DNA of 64,000 nt from Dictyostelium discoideum (taxonomy: Eukaryota). Below the pieces are notes generated by a model. The model was not told where the DNA came from, did no database searches, and worked only from the letters and a program-made list of their open reading frames with translations. The stretch is taken from NCBI GenBank assembly GCA_000004695.1, contig CM000151.3, forward strand, positions 6,016,001-6,080,000. The letters are read 5' to 3'. Shown here piece by piece: positions 29,706 through 40,869 of this stretch; position 1 is the first letter of the stretch; each line of letters begins with the position of its first letter. The translations under genes and the position numbers were made by a program.

Positions 29706-31953
29706 ATGACAATATGTCAACCAATTCCATGTGGTGGATCCTATTTTTGGAATATAGTTGAACCATATAAAAATGATGAATATGTATTTGTAATGCAAAG
29801 TTATAATGGACCATTTAGGTGGAAATCAGAAGAATATAGAATCGTTTTAATGTGTGGTCCAAATTCAAATGGCTACATTATAGCCACATCAACTTTATTT
29901 AGTGAAATCTTTTCAAATTGGGAGATTATCACAACAATTTATAAAGAAAAGATTGAAAAAACAGGTCTTAGTCATTTCTCTGACACTTTTTTAATACAAC
30001 TATATAAGAAATTAGCTAAAAAATTATCACAAGTTAATTCTCCAATCTTTACAGAAGAGGAACAAAATATTCAACCACCACCACAACCACAACTACCACC
30101 TCAACAACCACCACCACCACCTCAAATACAAGAATCACAACCAATCCAAGAACAAATTGAACAAATTATATTACCAACGACATTAGAATTTCCAAAAAGT
30201 AGAGATAATGAAGAAATTAAAATTATTAAAAAAAGAAAAATCGTGGCATTATTTAAAACATTATATAGAGTTGATGCAATGACAATTATTGAAAGGGATT
30301 ATAGTTCATCAAGTCAATGGATAGAATGGGTTGATGAGTCTACAGGAATGAGACCAATTCATGTCGCTGTCGAAAGAATGAATGTTCAATTGGTTAAATA
30401 TTTAATTGAACGTAAAGCAGATGTAAATATAAAAGATAATCAAGGTTGGTCACCATTACATTTCTCATCATTTGCTGGTAGTTTAGATATTTGTCAAATT
30501 CTATTAGATCAAGGTAATGCTGCTGTTTTAACAATTTCAAAAGATGGTACATTACCATTACATTATTTAATTAGACATTGTTATTCAATAAATGTACCAT
30601 CTTCATCATCAAATAGTAATAATAATAAAGATAATAATAATAATAATTATAAAGATAATAATAAGTTTAATAGTAATTTATCAATTAATTATAATAATGG
30701 TGGAGATTGTAATAATTTAACATTAAAACAAAAACAGGAAAGTAATAATAAATTATTTTCAATTTTATCATTATTACTTAGTAAAGGTACACCAATAAAT
30801 GCAAAAACTATACGTGGTGAAACTGCATTACATCGTGCATGTTATTATGGTTCAGCACAGTCTGTTAAATTTTTACATCAAAATGGTGCAGATGTAAATG
30901 TTCAAAATTCACGTGGTGAAACACCACTTTATTTCGCAGTTGTAAGTCGTCAACGTGAGATTGTAAAACTTTTAATCGAATATGGTAGTGATGTTAATAT
31001 TGGTGGTGAACGTTCTGCTTTAAAAGCTGCTGATAAAACAAACCAAAATGAAATTTATTATTTTTTAGCTGGTTTTTCTGATGAAAAATCTGTATCTGAT
31101 TCAAAAAGAGATTATTATAATAATAATGATGAAAATGATAGCAATAATAATAATAATAATTATAATGATGAAAATGATAATATTCATAGACATAATCAAA
31201 ATAATCAAGGTAATAATCAAAATCATTCAATGGATTGTTGTTCAAAGATTGAAAATGGTCAAGAATGTAGTTGTGGTGATTTAAGTAATACAGCACATCC
31301 ATTCTATCCACATGTTTTCGTTTTCATTGATTTTCCTGCTGGTACAACTCATTGCTCCTATTGTAAATACTTATTATGGGGTATTAGAAAACAAGGTTTC
31401 CAATGTGAAGTTTGCTCATACATTGTTCATTCAAGATGTAAAAGACAAGCAACATTAACAAATACTTGTGGTATACCTGATTCAAAAGAAACTATTTCTT
31501 CTTCAGTTGTAAATGATTTCTTAACAAAATCAAGAGACCAAAATATTAATAATAATAATGAGGAAGAAGGTGTAGAAGTAGTAGAAGAAGATCATCATCA
31601 TAATAACATCAATAATAACATCAATAATAATAATAAAAGATCACCACAAAGAAAACAAACAATAAGACAACCATTACATAAACAAAATATTAATAGAAAA
31701 AGATTAGAAAGTTTATATAATCATTTCATAACATTGGATAAAGAAAAGAAAGGTTCAATTTTAAAAAAAGATTTTGAAAAATGTTTAGGTCCAATCATTA
31801 ATAGCTCAGAATCATTATCAAATGCTTTATTTTTAGGTTTTAATCCAAAAAAACATGATAAAATGAGTTATGTTGAATTTTTAACTGGTGTTTCTGTATT
31901 ACAAAATTCAACTTTTGATAAACAAATTCAATGTAATTTATATAATTTTTATG

Positions 31954-31985
<32 letters not shown>

Positions 31986-32491
31986 TTAATTTATTAATTT
32001 TATTATTATTATAGTTTCATTTAAAATGCTAGCAGGTGAAAAAGGTTATATTACAGTGGAAGAGTTTTTATCAATTTTAGAATCAATCTATTCTTCATTA
32101 ACAAATTTAACTATTGTAACATGTAATCCACAAGCATTTCTAAAAAGATTATTCCCTGAATTTTCATTTAGTTATCAAAGAAAACAAAAACTATTATTAC
32201 AACAACAACAACAATTACAGCAGCAACAACAACAACAACAACAACAGCAGCAACAAAAATCATCATGGTCCTCAACTTCACCTTCACCTTCATCAACTAC
32301 TAATTCTCTTAGAAATAGTTTAAGACTATCAAGAGCTATAGATAATAATAATAATCATAATAATCATAACCATAATCATAATAATAGTAATATTAACAAT
32401 GAAGATGATTTAAATCTTGATTCAGATTCAGACTCTGATTCATTCCCAACACCATCAACCTCTCCACTTTTATTTAAAATTGGTATAAAAA

Positions 32492-32531
<40 letters not shown>

Positions 32532-32545
32532 GCAACAACAACAGC

Positions 32546-32583
<38 letters not shown>

Positions 32584-34557
32584 GAACAACAGCAACAACA
32601 ACAACAAGAAAACCAACAAATAATAAAAGATGAGAATGAAACAGTAGAAAATCAATCACAAGAGATAAAGCAAAAAGAAGATGAAAATCAAAAAGAAGTT
32701 GAAAATCAAAAACAAGATTTAAAAAATCAAAAAGAAGAAAAAGAAGAAGAGGAAGAAATAAAGGAACAAAGAAAATTTGAAACCAAAAATGATAATTTTG
32801 TTCAAGTTAATACAAAGAAATCAGTTAGAGGTAGTATATTTTTTGCACCATTAGATTCACATGAAAAAATTAATAATATTTCAAGTATTGGTAATCATAG
32901 ATCTTTAATTAGAAATAGTAGTAGTAGTGTATTAGATAATAATAGTAATAATAGTAATAATAATAATAATAATAAAAACAATAATGAATCTACAGCAACA
33001 CCAAATACAACTAATTCAACAACACCAATTACATCAGCAACAACATCAACATCATCATCTCCATCATCATCATATAAAAGTCAATCATTACCAGATTTAC
33101 CATCACATATACCAAAAACACCAACAAAATCATCAATTATAAATAATAATAATAATACATCAAAAACAATAACAACTAAATCATCATCATCATTTGAAAA
33201 TGGTTTAAATAATAGTGGAATTGATAATAATTATATTAGTAAAAAAGAAAAAATTGAAAATGATAAAGTTTTTCAATTAAATGGTAGAATTTATTTTAAA
33301 GAATTTAAACAAGCATTATCAGATAATTTATATTTTGTAAAGAGTTTAGGTTTAGTTAATCATTATGAAAATCCATTGATTAGAGAAACTGAGGGTAATG
33401 ATGGTCTATTGGTTAATCATTCATCGAATTGGGTAACATCACAAGGTAAAGATGTATCAATTGGTCATATAAATTGGGAGTTAATTCAATATATTATGAT
33501 TGGTATTAGAAGGTCTGCAGGTGAAGCCATCGTACTAACCAATAGAGCAACATTGAAGCCTAAAGATTTTGAAATGGTTGTTGAATTCAAATATGATGGT
33601 TGGACATTCAAAGATCATTACCCATTAGCATTCAAAAAGATTAGAGAAAGATTAGAAATTGATCCAAAGATGTTTATGTTTTCCTTGGGTCCTGAAAGAG
33701 TGTTTGGTAATTTACTATTAGGCAATCTTTCAGTGTTGAGTGAAATGAACTCTAGTGGTAAAAGTGGCAGTGTTTTCTTTAGATCGACAGAGGGTGATTA
33801 TTTAATTAAAACCATTCCAACACATGAAGAATCAATATTGAAAGCGGTTTTACCAACTTATGTACAGCATTTACAAAAATATCCAAATAGTTTATTAATA
33901 AAGATATTGGGTTGTTATACACTTCAAATAAAGGGTAAAGCAGAGATGAAATTCTTGGTCATGAATAACCTTTTCTTCACTCCATTACCATTGTCTGAGA
34001 AGTACGATTTGAAAGGCTCTGTCATCAATAGAAAAGTTGACAAGAATGATTTACTCTTACCTGATATCGCTTTAAAAGATCAAGAATTTCATAGAATACT
34101 CGATATTGGCCCAGAGTTTAAAGCACCATTATTAGAACAAATCGAACATGATACAATGTTTTTAGAATCTCATAATATCTGTGATTATAGTTTATTGGTT
34201 GGCATTCATACTATAGATGAAAATTCACCATTGGCTCTTTCGGATGATGATGATCCTGATCTTTCAAATGTGGGTGGTGTTAAAAGAGACACTTGGAAAG
34301 TATTGGAAGAAGAATTCTTTAAAAAAACTAGTGGTAAAATCTCTTTATTTCAAAAGAATTTTGGTGGTATCCTTTCAAAAAATAAAAAAGAAGTTTATTT
34401 CATCGCTATCATCGATACTTTTACCGCTTGGGATTGGTGGAAAAAGTCTGAACGTGCCTTAAAATTCTTGGGTAATGATTTAGATAAAATATCTGCTGTT
34501 AATCCAACTGATTATCGAAAAAGATTTCAACATTATGTTTCAAAAATTGTTCAATAA
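29706..34557 (+). CDS. Large multidomain phosphatidylinositol-phosphate kinase: N-terminal unknown domain, ankyrin repeats, C1 (DAG/phorbol-ester-type) zinc finger, NCS-like EF-hand pair, poly-Q/N linkers, C-terminal PIP5K catalytic domain; 2 exons
   Basis: Exon 1 is 29706-31932 (donor gtaatt at 31933). Intron of 82 nt contains poly(A)30. Exon 2 is 32015-34557. Ankyrin motifs (PIHVAVERMNVQLVKYLIERKADVNIKDNQGWSPLHF...). C1 domain (HPFYPHVFVFIDFPAGTTHCSYCKYLLWGIRKQGFQCEVCSYIVHSRCK). EF-hand region spans the splice (FDKQIQ|FSFKMLAGEKGYITVEEF). PIPK motifs (GKSGSVFF, DYSLLVGIH, IIDTFTAWDW). The alternative donor at 31982 is rejected by frame. Confidence 0.8.
32488..32630. repeat. (CAA)n/(CAG) coding microsatellite (poly-Gln about 45) in PIPK exon 2
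   Basis: Direct inspection. Confidence 0.9.
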
Positions 34558-35212
34558 ATTTATTATTAAAAAAAAAAAAAATAAAATAAAAAAATAAAAT
34601 AAAAGTTAATAAATTGTTGTATTGCCACCAAAAAAATTTAATTTTATTTATAAAAAAAAATATATATATATATAAATAGATTTTATTTTATTTAAAAGTG
34701 AGGTTGTTTAAAAAAAAAAAAAAAAACAGATACAGATAACTCCTGGTACTATGGTGAATGTATCAATGAGGTTTAATTGTATCAGTTTGTTTTTATTATA
34801 TGTTTATTTAATTGGAAACAACACTACATGATAAATCTAATATGGGATTAAAGATTTATCAAGATCATCTTTATTGCAAGAAAAATTATAAAAAAAAAAA
34901 AAAAATTTAATAAAATGCTAGCAATTTGTTGTTTGAAAGAATTTGTAAATTAGGGGTATAAAAATTATTTTGAGAATACAAATTGGGGGTATTTGTTTCA
35001 TTTATTTTTATTTGTGTGTTTGGAAATAAAAATTTTAAAAATAATAAATAAATAAAATAAAAAATTGAAAAAAAAAAAAAAAAAATGAACATACAATTAA
35101 AGTTAATTATTTAATATTATAAATATATATTTTTTTAATATTATAAATATACATACATATATTTTTTTTTAATATTATAAAAATATATTTAAAAAATTTC
35201 TAAAAAAATAAA

Positions 35213-35875
35213 ATGTGTGGAATTAGTGGTTGGGTAGATTGGTCAAATAAAAATGATTTATTAAAAGAAGTTGCAATAATTCAAAGAATGAATCAAAGTG
35301 TTTATCATAGAGGACCAGAGGAAGGTGGAATTTGGAAATCAAGTGATGCATTATTTGGACATCGTAGATTATGTGTTATTGATGCAGCAGGTGGTAAACA
35401 ACCAATGATTTTTAAAAAAGGTGATAAATCAATTGTATTATGTTTTAATGGGGAATTATATAATTTTCAAGATTTAAGAAATGAATTAATTTCTTTGGGT
35501 AATCAATTTAAAAGTCATTCTGATACTGAAGTAATTCTAATGTCATATATTCAATGGGGTGAACAATGTGTTAAAAAGTTTAACGGAATGTTTGCAGTTG
35601 CAATCTTTGATGAAGAAAACCAAAAATTATTCCTTGCAAGAGATCATCTTGGTGTTAAACCATTATTCTATTGTACTAGAGGTGATTCCATTCTTTTTGG
35701 TTCAGAAATGAAAGTTTTACTAGCAAATAATAAATTGGTTAAAGCAGAAGTTGATAAAGATGGTATTGCTCAATTATTTTATTTGGGTGCATTTCGTACA
35801 CCAGATATTGGTTGTATATTTAAAGATATACATGAAGTATCACCTGGACATTCAATTACATTTAATAAATCATTA

Positions 35876-35939
<64 letters not shown>

Positions 35940-37150
35940 TCTCTTTCACTACAACTGGTCAAAAAGAATATTGGAATTTAAAATGTTTACCACATACTGA
36001 TGATGTTCATCAAACAAGTAAAAAACTTAGAGGATTAATTGAAGGTGCACTTTCAAGACAATTAATATCAGATGTACCAATTACATTTTTATTATCTGGT
36101 GGTTTATCATCTAGTGTATTGGTTTCATTGGCATCATCACTATCGAAATCATCATTTCCTGAACCATGTCCAATTAATGAAACTAGTATTTTGAAAACTT
36201 TTTCATGTGAATTTGAAAATGATGATAAAGATTATAAAGAAGAAATTGAAGGACCAAAAAAACCATGGGTTGAAAAGGTTGTTAAAAATGTTCAAAGTAA
36301 TCATATTTCCACACAATGTAATGTTGATAATTTAATAAATACAATTTCATTACCAATGAAAGCAAGAGATCTTCCAAGTTTTTCAAAATGGGAAACACCA
36401 TTAAGACTAATGCTAAACAAAGTAAAAGATCATGGTGTGGTTTTAATCTCTGATGAAGGTTCTGATGAAATATTCTCTGGTTATGATTGGTTCAAAAAAC
36501 AATCTTCTTTAAATATGGATAGATTACCATGGATTGGCAATATCTATAATAATATCAATCATTTCTTAAAGGATCAAATATTAGAACAAGTTGATTTTAT
36601 GAAATATGGTGAGCAAGTCTATCAAAAAGCCATTAAAAACATGCCAGTGCTACAAGGTGAGGATGAAACTCAAGTAAAACAAAGAGTTGCCTCTTGGTTA
36701 TTTATTAAATACTTTTTAGTATATATGCTTGAACGTGAAGATAGAACATCAATGTCTCAATCATTAGAAGTTCGTGTACCTTATTGTGATTATAATTTGG
36801 TTGAATATTGTTGGAACATACCATACAATATGAAATCAATTGATGATATTGAAAAAGGTATTTTACGTCGTTCAATGGCTCAACAATTACCAAAAGATAT
36901 TTTATATCATACAAAGGATAATTTCCCATTATCAGTTAAAGATACAAATTTCTTTATTTCAGTTTGTAGTCTATTGGAAATTGAATTAAATAATCCATCC
37001 TCACCAATTTTAAATTTTATTAAAAAGGAATCAATTATGGAAATTATTAAAAATAAATATGATGAAAAATATCAAACCTATCAAAATCAAAGTGTTATTG
37101 AACATTTACTTCAAGTAAATACATGGATCATTGATTATAATGTTAAATTT

Positions 37151-37156
<6 letters not shown>
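35213..37156 (+). CDS. Asparagine synthetase-like glutamine amidotransferase of the bacterial AsnO/LtsA type (class II Ntn Cys-2 GATase plus PP-loop ATP pyrophosphatase), intronless
   Basis: 647-aa ORF. Opens MCGISGWVDW (like Bacillus AsnO MCGITGWVDF) and carries the SGGLSSS PP-loop. Host-like AT-rich codons and a poly-N19 insert argue it is a native gene, not contamination. Confidence 0.85.
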
Positions 37157-37185
<29 letters not shown>

Positions 37186-37306
37186 AAATAATAATTACTA
37201 GTTATAAAAATAAATTTAAAATTTTAATATATTTGAAAAATGGAATTAAATAATACATTTAATTAACCATTGAGTTTATTTAATTTTATTATTTTTATAA
37301 ATTGTT

Positions 37307-38202
37307 TTAATGTTGCTTAATTAAAGAGATTTTATCTAATCCTCTTGATTGTTTCAAACCATTATTTGTTAATAAAATGATGCCATCACAATTTCCATCT
37401 TTTGGAATATTAATAATAAAATCATTTTTTTCATTAATATTATTGTTAACACTATCATCATTATTCTCTATTTGAAACTTGTGAGTGATCATTTCATTAA
37501 TTTCATCTGTTTTAAATTCAATCACTGTTTGAGGTTGTACATCTTGTTTTTCAATATTATAAATAATATAAATAAATGTTAGTTTTGAATCTTCAGTTTC
37601 ATTATCTTCGTTTAATGAACTTGAATATTGCTTTGTGTTTTTTTCAATTCTAAAACCTTTTGAAGTTGAATTAAAATCAATATTGAATTGATTTGTTTTT
37701 TTATCCAATAAACTTTGTGTTAACTAAATAAAAACAATAATAAAAATAAAAATAATAAAATATATTAATATTTTATTAAAATCAATTAAATTAATAAATA
37801 TTAAAATTAAAAAAATAATAAATAAATACAAACCTTAATAATTAAATATGAAGCAATTATTCCTATTGAAATAATTGTTACAATAGTGGCTGATAATAAA
37901 ATTAAACCAATTATACTTTTACGAACCCAAATAAAAATTAATGAAAGTAATGTACCTAATAAAACTGAACCAATACCAATTTTATAAGCCATATCTGATC
38001 TATTTAAAATATTTCTACATTCAGTTGCCAATAATTTATATTGGTCAAATGTTAAATAACCTTCTAATTCATTTGGTAATTGAGTTGGTATTATTATTCT
38101 ATCTGAATGGCTACCCTCTTCTAATTTACAATTTTCACAACAACAAGTAGGGAATTTTAAATCTATACATTCTTTTTTTTTATAATTTTTTAATTTTAAC
38201 AA
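37307..38202 (-). CDS. Lineage-specific single-pass membrane protein (Cys-cluster N-terminus, TM helix, N-rich C-terminus), 2 exons; tandem paralog of 38662-39659
   Basis: Exon 1 is 38202-37834 (donor gtttgt), intron 110 nt, exon 2 is 37723-37307. The paralog shares IIIPTQLPNELEGYLTFDQYK and the C-terminal TKQY...FIYIIYN blocks. Confidence 0.55.
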
Positions 38203-38661
38203 ATAATTTTATAAATTAAATATAAATAAATATAAAAAAAAAAAAAAAAAAAAAAAAAACTATAAATAAATAAAAAAATATAATAAATAAATAAATTAAT
38301 AAATAAAAAAAAAAAAAAAATCAATATTATTATTTGTAAATTAAAAAACCAAAAAAAAAAATAATTTTAATAACAAAAAAAAATTTGTTTGATTTCTTTT
38401 TTAAAAATAAATTTATATTAAAATAAAATAAAAATATTAAAAAAAAAAAAAAATCATCCGACGTGGTGAAAAGTGTGAAAGTCTCACCAAAACCACCACC
38501 CCCCCCCCCACTTACACTAATTTTTCCAAAAAAATAAATAAAAAAAAAATAAAAATTAAAAAAAAAAAAAAAAAAAAAAAACTGTAATTATTTTTAGCAT
38601 ATTTTTGTATGATTTACATTTTATTATACACATATAAAAAAAGTTAACTATATATTAATTT

Positions 38662-39659
38662 TTAATTATCATGGTCATAATTTTTTAGATCTTGTTCTTC
38701 TTGATCTTCTTCTTCATAATCGTTCAAATTATTATGAATTAAAGATGTTTTATCATCAATTACAAGGTTTTCCTTACTTTTACTAGTGATGAGAATAGTT
38801 TTCATTTGAATACCTTGGTAATTGCCACTACTACCACCACCATTATTATTATTATCATCATCGAAATTATTATTTTGATTATTTTCATCAACATCACTAC
38901 AATTTTCATCGGTACCACAGTTACTATGAGATTCATTTGAAAGATTGAGTAATTCCTTTTCATCGATTGAATAATCTTGAGATGGAGAAGCCTCTTCGAT
39001 GATTTCACTATTGTTATCAACATTTGAAGAAGTTGATTGCTCTTCAGAAGAGTTTAGCATTCCATTAGTTGTGTTATTTGAGTTGTAGTGAATATAAATA
39101 TAGGTGAATCTTGAAATTTTATCTGACAAGAAATTTTGAGTGAGACTATCGAAATATTGCTTGGTCTTCTTTTCAAGAATGATTCCTTTTGCGCTATATT
39201 CAGAATTTAATTGTTCAATTTTTTGGTCCAATTGAGGTTGGACAGACTTGTAGTGTATATTTTTAATTTTATTAATAATTATATTTTTTTTTTTTTTTTT
39301 TAAAGGAAAAAAATGTTTAAAAAAACCCTTACCTTTAAAAGCATTGCAGCAAAAGAGAAACCAGTGAATAAAATAAATAAAACGGCTATTGTTAATAAAA
39401 TCAATAATTTTCTATCATTATAAATATTAATATAGAGCAAAGAAATTAAGCTTGCCACAACTACTGTAACTATAATGGATTTATAAGCTTCACTAGTTTT
39501 ATTAATAATATGTCTACAATCTGTGACAATTCTTTTATATTGTTTAAATGATAAAACTCCTTTCAATTGATCTGGTAATTGTTCTGGAATAATTATATCA
39601 TCTGAATAATAACGTGAAAAGAATGAATGTGAATTTGTTGGTACTTTAAATTTAATCAT
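38662..39659 (-). CDS. Tandem paralog of 37307-38202 (single TM), 2 exons
   Basis: Exon 1 is 39659-39333 (donor gtaagg), exon 2 is 39246-38662. Conserved blocks IIIPEQLPDQLKGVLSFKQYK and TKQYFDSL...FTYIYIHYN. Confidence 0.55.
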
Positions 39660-39934
39660 TGTCTCTGTTATTAATATTGGAATTTTTAAATTTGGATTTT
39701 GATTATTTATGGAAATTGATGAATCTATTTTTTTTTTTTTTAAAATCTATTAATAATTTTTTTTTTTTTTTTTTTTATTAAATCAAAAAAAAAAAAAATT
39801 ATTTATATTTTTGTGGGTGTGTGTTTAGGTGATTAAAGAAGAAGGATGGAAGGAAGGAAGGAAATAAATAAAAAGAAAAAAAAAAAAAAAAAAAAGAAAA
39901 AAAAAAGATTAAAAATAAATTATTTATATTGTTG

Positions 39935-39967
<33 letters not shown>

Positions 39968-40869
39968 TTATTTTTTGAAGAAATCTGGGGAATTTGTGGG
40001 GAGTGCGAAGTGAATTATTGCCAGCTGGCAGTTTTTGGTGCGAAGTGGTGAAATATTTAAACAGAAAATTTATGGCATTGATTATAAAAAAAAAAAAAAA
40101 AAAAAATTTTTTTTTTTGTTTAGCTTTTTATATTAAAAATAAAAAAAAAAAAAAAAAAGAAAAAAAAAAACCAATTTTAAATAAAAAAAAAATAATAAAA
40201 AAAATAAATTTAAATATCTTTAGAGTGAGAGTTTCAGACCAGTCAATCAAATGTCATTCTTTTTTTATTCAATCACAATTATGTCGTGAAAATTTTTTTT
40301 ATTTTTTGTTTTTTTTTTTTTTGCCCTGTTTAATTTTATTTATTTTGATTTTTTGTTTTTTTTAATTTTCTATTTTTCTTCAAAGAAACTGATTATTTTT
40401 TACAAAAAAAGATTTTTTAATTTTTTTTTTTTTAAATTGCGTTCCACATTTAAGTGTTTTTCCCAATACCAATAATTATCTTAATTTATTATTTATATTT
40501 TTTTTTTTTTTTAAAATTTCTTTCATTTTTGTTTTTTTTTTTTTTTTTTTCTTTTCTAAACATTTTTTTTGTGAATCAAAAAAATAAAAAAATAAAAAAT
40601 TAAAATGACTTTTTTTAATTATTATTTTAATTTTAAATTTCTTTTGGTCGAAATGACTGAAAATAAGTTTTTGTGAGTATGATTTTTTTTTTTTTAATTA
40701 TTTTTAATTTTTTATTTTTTTATTTTAGTTTTTAGTTTTTTTTGAAATAATATTTTAATTTTAAATTTCTTTTGATCAAAATGTGAAAATAAGTTTTTGT
40801 GTGTACATTTTAATTATTTTTAATTATTTTTAGTTTTTTTTTTATTTTTTTTATTTTTTTTTTTTTTTT

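Noticed and set aside
31982-32014. Alternative donor gtaatt at 31982 after the poly-K run for the PIPK gene
   Set aside because: No downstream AG gives a compatible phase. The donor at 31933 with acceptor at 32014 preserves the frame and rebuilds an EF-hand motif.
32470-32659. Antisense ORFs through the PIPK poly-Gln tract (poly-L, poly-V)
   Set aside because: Frame artefacts of the (CAA)n repeat.
37706-37708. ORF-track Met at 37708 (and similarly 39231 and 53875)
   Set aside because: Those ORFs begin at TTG, not ATG. They are internal parts of exons whose open frame continues upstream to an AG acceptor.
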